Of a stretch of DNA of 64,000 bases, positions 48,876 to 59,634 are shown in pieces. A program made the position numbers and the translations under genes. The notes below the pieces were generated by a model. It had not been told where the DNA came from. It saw only the letters and a list, made by a program, of their open reading frames with translations, and did no database searches. How positions within the stretch are numbered: the first letter of the stretch is position 1; the number at the start of each line of letters is the position of its first letter. Source of the DNA: Rhodomicrobiaceae bacterium (GTDB lineage: Bacteria; Pseudomonadota; Alphaproteobacteria; Rhizobiales; Rhodomicrobiaceae); assembly GCA_965247345.1 (NCBI GenBank), contig CBDFGZ010000028.1:5435-69434 (forward strand), read 5' to 3'.

Positions 48876-50489
48876 TTAAAGACGAAGGGCTTCGATCACC
48901 TTCGAGTCATGACCATAAATATCGCGGAAGCTTTGCAGTTCGCCCGTCTCGTTGACCCAAACTGTAAAATACGTGATATGCACGGGGATCCGCGGCTCAA
49001 GGGGAATTTCCTGATTGTTTCCACCTGTCGCAAGTGTCTTTTGGACGTCGGCCTCGGACCATTTCAACAGAACTTCTGCAAATTTCTTCGGGTTCCGGAC
49101 ACGCATGCAGCCGTGGCTGAAAGCCCGCACCTTCTGGTCGAAAAGGTATTTCGTCGGCGTGTCGTGAAGGTAAACGTCGTGCTTGTTTGGAAACAGAAAC
49201 TTGAGTTGCCCCAATGCATTGCCGCGCCCAGGCAACTGGCGGATCATGATCTTGTCCGGATCGAGGTTTGCCAGCATGGAATAGGACGCGGGAACGAGCT
49301 TCCCGTCCTTGCCCAGGACCACCGCTTCCATGCCCAAACTTGAAAGCGCATACGGATCGTTGCCAACCGACGGCAGAATTTCCTTTTCCGCGATGGACGC
49401 CGGAATGTTCCAGTAGGGATTGAAAACCACCGTGCGCATCCGGTTCGAGAAGATCGGCGTTTTTTTGCCTGGCGTCCCTATGACGATCCGCTCTTCGAAT
49501 GTGGCTCTATCGTTTTCGACAATGCGAACCAGAAATTCCGGCAAATTCACGCGCACGTGACGTTCGCCAAGATTGCGGGGAACCCACCGCCATCGCTCCA
49601 TGTTCGCGAGGATGAGTTTCCGGTTCGGCGTCGAACCCGTCGATGCAGGCTGCAAAGCCTGGCGCACATTTGGCCCAACAATGCCGTCCGCACTCAATCC
49701 ATTTTGCCGCTGAAAGGCTTTCACGGAGGCTTCAAGGCCGTCATCGAATGTGTCGGCTCGTGCGCCTGCAGGAGTGGCAGCTCTTAGCCGTGTTCTCAAA
49801 ATTTCGACTTCCGGGTGGGAAATCCCTGATGACAGCTCAGGTCCATAGATGGAAAGCGTTGGAATTTTCGTTTCAGCCGGCTTGGCGCGAGGCGACAGCT
49901 TTTCTTTAAGGGCCAGAAATTGCGGATGCGTCGGATGAAACCCTTCCAGATATCCGAGCAGATTTCGGTCACGATCCATGATTCCCTGCAAAACAGCGGA
50001 GGGCGTCGGGACTTCCGGGCTTGGATCGAGGTCCTCGTCGATTTCTTGCGGAGTTGTCCTGCCCGATTGGGCGTGTGTGGCATAAAGAACCGCGGCAACG
50101 CTCATGTCCACTTCCGCCGCTGCAATCACCTCGTCGGGATACGCTGAGGCTTTCATCAAAGCAGCATCGGCGGGCGGGGCGTAATCGTTAGGGTTCAGTC
50201 CATATTCATCGGCACGCGCGACGGCCTGGCGGACCGCTTCGACTTTGTTAATGAATGCGCCGCCCTCGATCCAAACCGGTTTTCCCCGGCGCCTGGCGTA
50301 GAACGCGAGCAAGCCATCATACATGACCCGCTGGCCGACTTTCATCCTCATCTTGGCCTGGATGGTATTCTGAACCATGATGCCCAGGGCATCGACCGGT
50401 GAGATCAGCTTCTCCGGTGCGTCCGGCTCAACCGCGAAGGCTGGAGCAGAAAAACAAAGCGCTGCGATCATCAAAATGCGCATACCCAA
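48876..50489 (-). CDS. L,D-transpeptidase (YcbB/LdtD-like) with peptidoglycan-binding domain
   Basis: Signal peptide, PG-binding-1 box AVKAFQRQNGLSADGIVG and YkuD catalytic box LHDTP...FSHGCMRV. Confidence 0.9.
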   Translation of the reverse strand: MGMRILMIAALCFSAPAFAVEPDAPEKLISPVDALGIMVQNTIQAKMRMKVGQRVMYDGLLAFYARRRGKPVWIEGGAFINKVEAVRQAVARADEYGLNPNDYAPPADAALMKASAYPDEVIAAAEVDMSVAAVLYATHAQSGRTTPQEIDEDLDPSPEVPTPSAVLQGIMDRDRNLLGYLEGFHPTHPQFLALKEKLSPRAKPAETKIPTLSIYGPELSSGISHPEVEILRTRLRAATPAGARADTFDDGLEASVKAFQRQNGLSADGIVGPNVRQALQPASTGSTPNRKLILANMERWRWVPRNLGERHVRVNLPEFLVRIVENDRATFEERIVIGTPGKKTPIFSNRMRTVVFNPYWNIPASIAEKEILPSVGNDPYALSSLGMEAVVLGKDGKLVPASYSMLANLDPDKIMIRQLPGRGNALGQLKFLFPNKHDVYLHDTPTKYLFDQKVRAFSHGCMRVRNPKKFAEVLLKWSEADVQKTLATGGNNQEIPLEPRIPVHITYFTVWVNETGELQSFRDIYGHDSKVIEALRL

Positions 50490-50778
50490 ACCCTTACAGA
50501 TGCAACGATAATCCCTACCCGTAATGTCTCATCAATGCCATAATTTATGTTAGCTGGGAAGCATCGAAGAGCTTGGTCGAGCGTTGACCGCTCGCATTCT
50601 GGTAAGCAATGGGATCATCGCGACAAAGTGTTAGGATAGCGTTCATTCTACATGGTTTGGAGTTGATCGTGACATGTTAATCGCCAGATGCATAACTTCA
50701 CCTTCGGCTTTTCGGGAAAACCTCAGTTACCCGTCCGTTCTGTAGAAAAGTTGAAATGATCAGACCAAGGCAGCGCTC

Positions 50779-52632
50779 ATGAATACGATCAGCAAAACCA
50801 CACCGATTGGCACCCTATCCAGCCACGCGCCGGATGACGGTTTTTTGAGCGCCGACACGACGGTGTCAGATATGCCGTCCTGGGATTTGAGTGGCCTGTA
50901 TTCAGACGGCCGCGCGGGACTTGAGGCTGACCTCGCACGAATTGAGAGCGAAACAGCCGCGTTCCGGGCCGCCTATCAAGGCAATCTTGCAGATTTCGCG
51001 CGGGATGATGTTTCGCGTTTGGTGGCTGCCATCTCGGCTTATGAGGCCCTTTCGGATCGCATGGGCCGCGTCGGATCGTATGCGTACCTGAATTACACGA
51101 CGAACACCGCCGATCCGATGCGTGCGAAACTCTTTGGCGACATGCAGGGGAAATTGACGGACATCGGCTCGCAGCTTTTATTTTTCGAGCTTGAACTGAA
51201 CCGCATCGATGATGCGGTGATGGATGCGGCTTTGCTGACACACGGCTTAGATCACTACAAACCCTGGCTGACGGATTTGCGCAAAGACCGGCCATACCAG
51301 TTGTCTGACGACATCGAGCAGTTGTTCAACGAAAGCGGCTCGACAGGCCGTCAGGCCTGGAGCCGCCTGTTCAATGAAACGCTGACCTCGCTCAGGTTCG
51401 AGATCGACGGTGAAAGCCTCAGCCTTGAGCCCGCTCTGAATATGATGAGCGATCCAAACCCCGAACGCCGCTCGGTCGCCGCCGCCTCGATTTCGCAGGT
51501 GTTGAACGGGAAATCGGGGTTGTTCGCGCTCATCACGAATACTCTGGCGAAGGACAAGGAAATCGTCGACCGCTGGCGCGGTTTTGACGATGTCGCTGCA
51601 TCAAGACACCTCGCCAATCGGGTGGAAGCCCCTGTCGTCGATGCGCTCGTGGCGGCGGTTCGCGAAGGGTATCCGCGATTGTCGCATCGATACTATACAC
51701 TGAAAGCGAAGTGGCTCGGCGTCGAGCAACTGAATTATTGGGACCGAAACGCACCCATCAGCCGTGATCCAGAGGCGGTGATCGGTTGGGAGGACGCACG
51801 CTCGCAAGTTATCGGTGCCTATCGCCGGTTTTCTCCGCGTATGGCGGACATCGCAGACGGCTTTTTCACCAGGCAGTGGATTGATGCACCCGTGCGGGAA
51901 GGCAAATCGCCTGGCGCTTTCTCCGCTCCGACGGTGCCAAGTGCACATCCCTACATCATGCTGAATTATATGGGCAAGCCGCGCGATGTCATGACTCTGG
52001 CTCATGAACTCGGGCATGGCGTGCATCAGGTTCTCGCAAATTCGCAAGGCGCGCTCATGGCGTATACACCGCTCACTTTAGCTGAAACGGCGAGCGTGTT
52101 TGGCGAAATGCTGACGTTCAAGGCACTGCTTGCACAGACGAAATCGCAAGCGGAAAAGAAAGCACTGCTGGCCCAGAAGGTGGAAGACAAGCTCAATACC
52201 GTCGTGCGTCAGATCGCATTTTATGACTTTGAGCGCCGCATCCATCACGCGCGCCGACACGGCGAACTCACCATCGACGATATCAGCGGCCATTGGCTGG
52301 CGGTTCAATCGGAAAGCCTTGGACCAGCAATCAAACTCAATGACGGTTACGGGATCTACTGGGCTTACGTGTCCCACTTTATCCACACGCCGTTCTATGT
52401 GTACGCTTATGCTTTCGGCGATTGCCTCGTAAACTCGCTATACGCGGCTTATGAACGTGAGCCGGATGGCTTTGAGGCGCGTTATATCGATATGCTCAGC
52501 GCTGGCGGCACAAAACATCATACCGAACTGCTGGCACCCTTTGGCCTGAATGCTTCGTCACCCGATTTCTGGCGGATGGGCTTGAAGGTCATCGAAGACA
52601 TGATCGCGGAACTGGAAGCGATAGAGGCATAA
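50779..52632 (+). CDS. pepF: Oligoendopeptidase F family (M3B) metallopeptidase
   Basis: HELGHGVH zinc motif plus downstream ETASVFGE. 617 aa. Confidence 0.88.
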   Translation: MNTISKTTPIGTLSSHAPDDGFLSADTTVSDMPSWDLSGLYSDGRAGLEADLARIESETAAFRAAYQGNLADFARDDVSRLVAAISAYEALSDRMGRVGSYAYLNYTTNTADPMRAKLFGDMQGKLTDIGSQLLFFELELNRIDDAVMDAALLTHGLDHYKPWLTDLRKDRPYQLSDDIEQLFNESGSTGRQAWSRLFNETLTSLRFEIDGESLSLEPALNMMSDPNPERRSVAAASISQVLNGKSGLFALITNTLAKDKEIVDRWRGFDDVAASRHLANRVEAPVVDALVAAVREGYPRLSHRYYTLKAKWLGVEQLNYWDRNAPISRDPEAVIGWEDARSQVIGAYRRFSPRMADIADGFFTRQWIDAPVREGKSPGAFSAPTVPSAHPYIMLNYMGKPRDVMTLAHELGHGVHQVLANSQGALMAYTPLTLAETASVFGEMLTFKALLAQTKSQAEKKALLAQKVEDKLNTVVRQIAFYDFERRIHHARRHGELTIDDISGHWLAVQSESLGPAIKLNDGYGIYWAYVSHFIHTPFYVYAYAFGDCLVNSLYAAYEREPDGFEARYIDMLSAGGTKHHTELLAPFGLNASSPDFWRMGLKVIEDMIAELEAIEA

Positions 52633-52636
52633 AGTC

Positions 52637-54040
52637 ATGGAAGACAGGCCCGAAACCCCGTTGCCGGTGGCGCTGGAAGACGACGCGGAAGGCAATCGCC
52701 TGTCACGCCGCGTTCGGCGTTATGCCAATGTCGGGACCAACGTCGGTGGCGTCGCAGCACGGATCGGTGCCAGTTATCTGTTCGGGTCCAGGGATCAGGA
52801 CAAGAATGCGCAGGCCCTAGCGGCAGCGCTAGGCGGCCTCAAAGGGCCTTTGATGAAGGTGGCGCAGTTGATGTCCACCATCCCGGACGCGCTGCCGCCG
52901 GAATACGCGACACAACTGGCACAGTTGCAGAGTCAGGCACCGGCCATGGGATGGCCCTTCGTGCGGCGTCGGATGGCAGCCGAGCTTGGTGCCGATTGGC
53001 GTGGGCGCTTTTCCGAATTCGGTGAGCAGGCGGCCGCGGCGGCGTCGCTGGGCCAGGTGCATCGTGCGCGAACCCTCGACGGCCGCGATGTGGCGGTTAA
53101 GTTGCAATACCCCGAAATGCAGTCGGCGGTGGAAGCCGATCTCAATCAGCTTCGCATCGTCATGGGCTTGTACCGCAGGTTCGATACCGCGCTGGACGTA
53201 TCTGAAATTGTCGGCGAAATCGGCGCGCGCCTTCGCGAGGAACTGGATTACGACCTTGAAGCGAAGCACATGCGGCTGTATGGCGAGATGATCGGCGACG
53301 GCCTCAACATTCGTGTGCCGCAGCTGGTGCCGGACCTGTCCACGAAGCGGCTGCTCACCATGACCTGGCTCGAAGGCAGGCGGCTGCTCGATTACGTGGA
53401 TCATCCGCTTGAGGCCCGCAACGACATTGCCCGCGCGCTGTTTCGTGCGTGGTGGTATCCGTTCAGCCACTTCGGCGTCATTCATGGCGATCCGCACCTC
53501 GGAAATTACACGATTTTTGAGGAGAACGGGCAGGTCGCCGGTCTTAACCTCTTGGATTACGGCTGCATTCGCACATTCGAGCCAAAGTTCGTCGGTGGCG
53601 TCATCGATCTCTATCACGGGCTTGAACAAAAAAATCGCGACCTCGTCGTGCACGCTTATGAGACCTGGGGTTTCAAGAACCTTTCAAACGAACTCATCGA
53701 TATCCTGAGCATCTGGGCGAACTTCATTTATGGCCCGCTTCTCGATGATCGTGTGCGCCCTATCGCGGACGGCGTGGCACCCGGGCAATATGGGAGGCGC
53801 GAGGCGTTCAGCGTTCATCAGGGGCTGAAAACGGCCGGGCCTGTCCGTGTCCCGCGCGAATTCGTGTTCATGGACCGCGCGGCCATTGGCCTCGGGTCGG
53901 TGTTTCTGCACCTGAGAACAGAGATGAACTTCTATCGTATCTTCAACGACATGATTTCGGATTTCAAACGGGATGAGGTTGCCGGACGGCAGCGCGTCGC
54001 TTTTGAGCAAGCCGGGGTGCCTTTGCCTCATGGCGATTAA
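52637..54040 (+). CDS. ABC1/UbiB-family atypical kinase
   Basis: GPLMKVAQLMS, AAASLGQVHRA, VAVKLQYP and HGDPHLGNY. Confidence 0.85.
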   Translation: MEDRPETPLPVALEDDAEGNRLSRRVRRYANVGTNVGGVAARIGASYLFGSRDQDKNAQALAAALGGLKGPLMKVAQLMSTIPDALPPEYATQLAQLQSQAPAMGWPFVRRRMAAELGADWRGRFSEFGEQAAAAASLGQVHRARTLDGRDVAVKLQYPEMQSAVEADLNQLRIVMGLYRRFDTALDVSEIVGEIGARLREELDYDLEAKHMRLYGEMIGDGLNIRVPQLVPDLSTKRLLTMTWLEGRRLLDYVDHPLEARNDIARALFRAWWYPFSHFGVIHGDPHLGNYTIFEENGQVAGLNLLDYGCIRTFEPKFVGGVIDLYHGLEQKNRDLVVHAYETWGFKNLSNELIDILSIWANFIYGPLLDDRVRPIADGVAPGQYGRREAFSVHQGLKTAGPVRVPREFVFMDRAAIGLGSVFLHLRTEMNFYRIFNDMISDFKRDEVAGRQRVAFEQAGVPLPHGD

Positions 54041-54294
54041 ATCGACGGCAGCCGATCGGGTGTCTTGAGATACAGTTAACGAACAACGTCAACAAATAGT
54101 TATGACGGCAAACACAGATGCATCTTAAGATCGTCACTCCCGTCCCGGTCTTCACGAGGTAAACTGCGAACGGAGTGCCTGGACCGAAATATTAATTGAG
54201 CTTGGAACTGACAAGGGTCGCCGCAAGCGTGAGCCTGAGACTACGAGTCAAATGTGAGTAAGCTGGTGTAATTTGCACGGCACCGAGTGCATAT

Positions 54295-55413
54295 TCAGCG
54301 GGGTTTCTGGGTCTTCTGCCATTCGAGAAAACTGCGAAACAATTGATCGCGTGCCTCATTGCTGGTAGCGGATTGGCCGCTTTGCTTCAGAAATGCTTCG
54401 AACAACACCTTGGTGTTGGTATCTTTTGGGGTAGAGTCAACTCTTTTGACTTTTTCCTTATCAAGAATTTCCTGAGCCGTCGAAAACCGCGTCCATCCCG
54501 GCAAATCGGCAGCCAGATTGCTTTCCCTCCATTTCACGTGGCGCGGCGCTTTCTGGAACTGATCGAACTTCTCGAAGAAGGATGTTACGAACCTCGCGAC
54601 GCGTCTATGGCGGTCGGTCCCGGCCTGCCAGTTGAACACCGCTAGGACTGCACCCACGGCAATCGTCTGAACAGAGGTATCCTTGGGTATCAATTGCGGG
54701 TAATCCTCCGAGGTCAAAACCGCAGGGAAATAGTCGTCACTCACTTCCGAAGTATACCGGAAAGGAAGGAATTTGAAGCCGCTGTTAGCACCGAGCTTTG
54801 CATAAGCTGCCGTGGGCTTGCCCGCAATCAGCAACGAGGCCGCGATTTCTCCTGCCTTGAGTTTCTCTATGGCGTCGGCTTGGCCATAATTTGTTTCTGT
54901 CACCCTAACCCCAAGCGCCTCGAAAATAAGCTGGGCGGAAAGTTGTGTTCCGCTTCCTGCATCGCTGAAATTTACTTTTTGTCCTTGAAGGTCTTCGATG
55001 GAGTTGACTTCGTTTCGAACAAGAATATGGAGCTCTTCGTTATAGAGCCTTGCAATGTACCGCAATCGCTGCTCGATGTTTTTACCAAATTCGCCCGATT
55101 TTTTGAAATATTTCAAGATATTGGACTGGGTTATCCCCATGTCCACGCCTTTAAGATAGAGAACATCGCGAACATTCTGCGCGCCACCCTTACCGATGAC
55201 AGGCAAAATGCGCAAATTGTCGCCGTCGTCTAAAACGGCGGAAATATCATAGGCAGTCGCCAGATAGGTGCCGTTCGGATTGCCGGACACGATTGTAACA
55301 GTGTTGTTATTGAGACGAGCGCCGCGTTCGAGATCAGCGGCGGTTTGCGCCAAAGCCAAACATGAAAATAGGATTGCACAACAAAAAGCTACTAAAGCAG
55401 CCCGTACTGACAT
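54295..55413 (-). CDS. TAXI-family TRAP-type solute-binding protein (orphan) with C-terminal extension
   Basis: Signal peptide, then TIVSGNPNGTYLATAYDIS...GGAQNVRDV..., typical of TAXI/immunogenic-protein receptors. No permease gene is adjacent. Confidence 0.7.
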   Translation of the reverse strand: MSVRAALVAFCCAILFSCLALAQTAADLERGARLNNNTVTIVSGNPNGTYLATAYDISAVLDDGDNLRILPVIGKGGAQNVRDVLYLKGVDMGITQSNILKYFKKSGEFGKNIEQRLRYIARLYNEELHILVRNEVNSIEDLQGQKVNFSDAGSGTQLSAQLIFEALGVRVTETNYGQADAIEKLKAGEIAASLLIAGKPTAAYAKLGANSGFKFLPFRYTSEVSDDYFPAVLTSEDYPQLIPKDTSVQTIAVGAVLAVFNWQAGTDRHRRVARFVTSFFEKFDQFQKAPRHVKWRESNLAADLPGWTRFSTAQEILDKEKVKRVDSTPKDTNTKVLFEAFLKQSGQSATSNEARDQLFRSFLEWQKTQKPR

Positions 55414-55535
55414 GTTTTTGTCCTAACAGAAATTTTCTTAAAATCAAACTTTAGGATATCACGGTAAATACTGAATGCAATATCGGTGACAAGCCCAAGA
55501 ATAGTCTAAAAGTTGCAGGCGATTGAACCTGCAAT

Positions 55536-56354
55536 TTACGCAACCTTGGGTTTTAACCATTTGAGATAGAGCGGACCGAACGGCCTGTTCTGCCGGATTT
55601 CCAGATATCCTTCACGGGCAAGTTCAAGCGTTGCGCCAAAACTGGATGCAGTGACGGTCTTGCCAAGCGCCGTTATTGGCCGATATTCATGAAGATATCC
55701 GTCCAGTTCCGCCCAATCCGGCTCACTCCCAAGCAGTTCCGCCAGCCGTTCACGAGCCTGTTTGATCGACCAGACCACGCGCGCGCCCCATTCGAGATCA
55801 ATGACGACGCGTTTCTGGCGCTGTTCCGTGTAGGCTTTCAGAAGATCGAAAATGCTGGCCTGATAGATACTCGATCTCACCACGCGAATGCCCTCGGGCA
55901 TACCGCGTGCGAAGATATCGACACCCAGCCTTTTTCGTCCCATCAACCGGGCAATGGCTTCGCGCATGGCTTCCAGCCGTTTCAGCCTGAACGCCAGTTG
56001 AGCGGCAAGCTCCGAGCCTGTCGGGCCGTCGTCAACCTGTTCTTTTTCAGGCAGCAGCAGCTTCGATTTCAGGTAGGCCAGCCATGCCGCCATAACGAGG
56101 TAATCGGCAGCCACCTCCAGCCGCAACTGTCGCGCCACATCGATATAATCGAGATACTGCTCCGCAAGGCGCAGGATCGAAATCTTGGTTAGATCAACCT
56201 TCTGATTTCGCGCAAGGACAAGCAGCAGGTCGAGCGGTCCTTCGAAGCCGTCCAGATCGAGGACCAGCACATCATCGGGATCCGCGTCAAGACGCTGTGG
56301 CGCTTGCCACTGGCTATCGCTCATGCGCAGCTCTAAGGCAGGGTTGTTGCTCAC
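55536..56354 (-). CDS. scpA: Segregation and condensation protein A
   Basis: LDLDGFEGPLDLLLVLARNQKVDLTKISILRLAEQYL. Confidence 0.9.
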   Translation of the reverse strand: MSNNPALELRMSDSQWQAPQRLDADPDDVLVLDLDGFEGPLDLLLVLARNQKVDLTKISILRLAEQYLDYIDVARQLRLEVAADYLVMAAWLAYLKSKLLLPEKEQVDDGPTGSELAAQLAFRLKRLEAMREAIARLMGRKRLGVDIFARGMPEGIRVVRSSIYQASIFDLLKAYTEQRQKRVVIDLEWGARVVWSIKQARERLAELLGSEPDWAELDGYLHEYRPITALGKTVTASSFGATLELAREGYLEIRQNRPFGPLYLKWLKPKVA

Positions 56355-56396
56355 ACGCTCGCTCCATGGATCGATCCATTCGCGACACTGCCTGAT

Positions 56397-57413
56397 TCAG
56401 GCGGTCACCGCCAGAGCCAGCGCAATCGCCTCATCCGCAGCTTCCCGATTAAATTCGAGGGGCGGCTTCAAACAGGCAAGGGCTACATGAAAGCGCGCCT
56501 CCGCAACCCCGTCCAGCGGTGGCGATCCGGCGGCGACTTCGATCATTTCCACCATATCGCCATTGCAATGAAGCGCCACATCGCAGCCGGCCAGGAACGC
56601 GGCCTCGGCCCGGCTGCGAATCGTGCCCGACAGCGCATGCATGCTGAGGTCATCGGTCAGAAGCAGGCCGTTAAACCCGATCAGGTCGCGGATTACCTGC
56701 AGAACCACGGTGCCTGACAACGTTGCCGGAGCCGTCGGATCGATCGCTGAATAGGTGATGTGAGCTGTCATCGCGATTGGAAGATCGGCAAGTTTCGCGA
56801 ACGGCACAAAGTCCGTGCGTTCAAGTTCCGCGAGCGGTGCGTCAACCAGAGGCAGCGCAAGATGACTGTCGCTTGTCGCCCGCCCGTGCCCAGGGATGTG
56901 CTTGACAACCGGCAACACGCCACCGGCCAGAAGCCCGTCTGCCACGGCGCGCGCCAGTATCGCAACCGTATCGGGGTCGGTGGCGTAAGCGCGATCACCG
57001 ATGATTGCGTCCGCGTCGGGCACAGGGACATCGAGCACTGGCGCGCAGGCCACATTGACGCCAAGTTCGAAAAGGTCGCGAGCCATGGCCTGAGCCGACA
57101 GAAAAGCCGCGCGAGAGGCTGCCTCCGTGTCGACGGGGCACGCTTCGCAAAAACGAGCGGCACCTGGATATCGCGGCCAATGTGGCGGGCCAAACCTTTG
57201 CACGCGACCGCCCTCCTGGTCCACAAGAACGAGCAAAGGACTGCCGTTCACCGCTTCGCGCAGCGAGGTGATCAGACTGAACACCTGCTCACGATCACGA
57301 ATATTCCGGGAAAAAAGGATGATACCAAGCGGACGATGTCGCGCAATGAACCTGGTCTCGTCGTCGCTTAACGCGTCAGAAGAAATTCCGCAAATAAAAG
57401 CGCGCCTTAACAT
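56397..57413 (-). CDS. nagZ: Beta-N-acetylhexosaminidase (GH3)
   Basis: GIILFSRNI, VDQEGGRVQRF, KHIPGHG and LLLTDDLSM. Confidence 0.9.
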   Translation of the reverse strand: MLRRAFICGISSDALSDDETRFIARHRPLGIILFSRNIRDREQVFSLITSLREAVNGSPLLVLVDQEGGRVQRFGPPHWPRYPGAARFCEACPVDTEAASRAAFLSAQAMARDLFELGVNVACAPVLDVPVPDADAIIGDRAYATDPDTVAILARAVADGLLAGGVLPVVKHIPGHGRATSDSHLALPLVDAPLAELERTDFVPFAKLADLPIAMTAHITYSAIDPTAPATLSGTVVLQVIRDLIGFNGLLLTDDLSMHALSGTIRSRAEAAFLAGCDVALHCNGDMVEMIEVAAGSPPLDGVAEARFHVALACLKPPLEFNREAADEAIALALAVTA

Positions 57414-57606
57414 TCAGCGCGGTGTAAGTTTAGACGAAACTGCATTGGCATTGCCGCGCAAGCAGAGTTGAACCTGTCAACGTGCGAACGGTTGAGAAAT
57501 GGGTCCCGGCCTTTAAGGGGACGAGGATCGAATATGGTGCGTACCAAACTCATCATCACGACCTAAACCGAAGTAAAAATGCCTTCTCGCGAAGTTGAAA
57601 CCGGCA

Positions 57607-59595
57607 TCATTCGGACTTTCTGACGATGCAGGAGCCAAGTCCCGCGCCCTTTAATTTCGTACAAAGTTCGTTCGCGGCATCCTGGGATGTAACAGGCCCG
57701 GCAACCGTTCTAAACCAGACGCCCTTGTCGCCAAGATCGACCGTTTTTGTGGACAATGAAACCTCGCCAAGAACAACACCGAACTTCTCGGTCAGACTTT
57801 GAAGTTCCCGGTTGGACGCTTTCTCATCCTGACTTGCTTTAAGCTGGACTACGTAACCTCCCGCGATGGTCGGCTTCGCAACGGCGACCGGCACCGAAAC
57901 GGCCTTAGGTAAAGGAGCGGGTACCGGGGTCGGTGTCGGCGCGAGAGCCGCGCTTCTGGACACCGGAGCGGCAGGTGGTGCAGACGGAATGGCTCGCGGC
58001 GACGCTATAATCTGACCTTGAGCAGCTTGTGCCGAGCCGGGCGCGGGGGCGGGGCCAAAGGGTGCCGGCATCTGGCTCTGACTGCCGAAGCCTGGCAGAA
58101 CCGTCGGACGCGGCGATTCCATTCGCGTGCCATCCGGACGATAAATTTCGCCTCGTACTGCGGTCGGCTGATCCGGTCGGGAGGCAGATGACGGTCCAGA
58201 ATTACTTGCAACGCGTGACGGAGGCTGGGACGACGGTCCGCCATCGTTGGGCTTGTTCTTCCGAAGGGCTTCCTCGATCCGGTCTTCCAGGGAACTTCCT
58301 CCCTGCGGCGCTGGCGGAGGTGCCGAGCGAGGCCCGCTGTTTGGATCGGTCGCCGCGCCTGTTACGCCGCCCTCAGGTGTCAATCGTTCATAAATTGCCT
58401 TGCTTCCATTGGCGAACTGCCGACCGCCAGCATTCGAAGGCGGCTCTTTCGACGGTTTCGTATCCGCGCGTATGACGGACGCGGCGCTCTCCGCGTTCGA
58501 TCCGCTTTTCAGAGTTTTATAAACGTAGGCACCGGAACCGCCGACCAGAAGCGATCCCGCGAGAGCCGCAGCAATCAGGCCCTTACGGCTTTTCTTCGGG
58601 GCAGATTCCTCTTCGTAGACTTCGTCGTCATCGGCAAAAAAATCTTCATCGAGTTCATTGCGAGGCTGCGTCTGAAGGGCGTCGTGATGCTGTGACCCAT
58701 ATTGATTCTGCCCGTCGTCAGCCCAGGCCGCGCGGTCGTCCGGGCGCTGGTAGGCCGGTTGCGTCGGCGCGGTATTATGGGATGTATTGACATCGTAGGG
58801 TTGTTGTGGATATCCGCGATCGCCAGACGTATTCTGCGCGGGTTGCTTTTGCGCCATATCTTCGGGTAGGTAAAAACGCGACGCCTGAGCCTCCTGCGCG
58901 GCTATTCTTGCAGCGAAATTGCGCTCGTAATCGTCCTGTGGTGTCGCAGGTTCACGCATGATCGGCGATTGCTCATAGTAGCCGCCGCCTCGCATGGACG
59001 CCTGATCGATAATCGTATCACGACCGCCAGCCCGGCTCTCAGAATACCCGAACCCTGCGGGGCCTTCGTGCGTCGTGTGATTGTCGTAGGCCTGATTGTA
59101 GCCGCCCGAATCCACATCACGACCATACAGGTCTGCGTTGCGCTCGTGTTGAGGAAAAATGCTTGGTGGTGGTGGTTCCGGCAACGCGCGCGGAAAATGC
59201 GCATCTCGCTCCTGTGCCACTCGGGGCGGTTCGCGATAGACCGGCTGGTCCGGATAATACGATTGCGGCGGAGGCGGGGGATCGAAGTCCCTGCTTTGAT
59301 TTGGAACAGGCTGGTCGAAACCCCGTTGAGGCGGCGGCGGAGGAACGGGATCGACGCGCGGTTCATCGTAAGGCGGAGCCCGAAAATTCGAGAATGAGCG
59401 TGGAGCGTCGGCTGATCTGTCGTTTACAGGCGTGTCCCGTCGGCGATCGAAATAATCATCGCGGTCGTTTCTGTCACGAGGCGCAGAGGGATTTCTCCAA
59501 TCATCGCGATCTTGTCCGGCCTCGGGACGCCTTTGCGGACCCCTTTGTCCGGGACGCCGGTCGCGGCGCGATGCCGAATCATCACTATTGGACAT
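57607..59595 (-). CDS. SPOR-domain protein with long Pro/Asp/Arg-rich low-complexity region and one TM segment
   Basis: C-terminal GGYVVQLKASQDEKASNRELQSL...VWFRTVAGPVTSQDAANELCTKLKGAG is a SPOR domain. TM segment: LIAAALAGSLLVGGSGAYV. I prefer the ATG at 59595. Confidence 0.8.
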   Translation of the reverse strand: MSNSDDSASRRDRRPGQRGPQRRPEAGQDRDDWRNPSAPRDRNDRDDYFDRRRDTPVNDRSADAPRSFSNFRAPPYDEPRVDPVPPPPPQRGFDQPVPNQSRDFDPPPPPQSYYPDQPVYREPPRVAQERDAHFPRALPEPPPPSIFPQHERNADLYGRDVDSGGYNQAYDNHTTHEGPAGFGYSESRAGGRDTIIDQASMRGGGYYEQSPIMREPATPQDDYERNFAARIAAQEAQASRFYLPEDMAQKQPAQNTSGDRGYPQQPYDVNTSHNTAPTQPAYQRPDDRAAWADDGQNQYGSQHHDALQTQPRNELDEDFFADDDEVYEEESAPKKSRKGLIAAALAGSLLVGGSGAYVYKTLKSGSNAESAASVIRADTKPSKEPPSNAGGRQFANGSKAIYERLTPEGGVTGAATDPNSGPRSAPPPAPQGGSSLEDRIEEALRKNKPNDGGPSSQPPSRVASNSGPSSASRPDQPTAVRGEIYRPDGTRMESPRPTVLPGFGSQSQMPAPFGPAPAPGSAQAAQGQIIASPRAIPSAPPAAPVSRSAALAPTPTPVPAPLPKAVSVPVAVAKPTIAGGYVVQLKASQDEKASNRELQSLTEKFGVVLGEVSLSTKTVDLGDKGVWFRTVAGPVTSQDAANELCTKLKGAGLGSCIVRKSE

Positions 59596-59634
59596 CGACA
59601 GTCTTCCTCCAATGATACTCAAGAGAGCGCCGGG

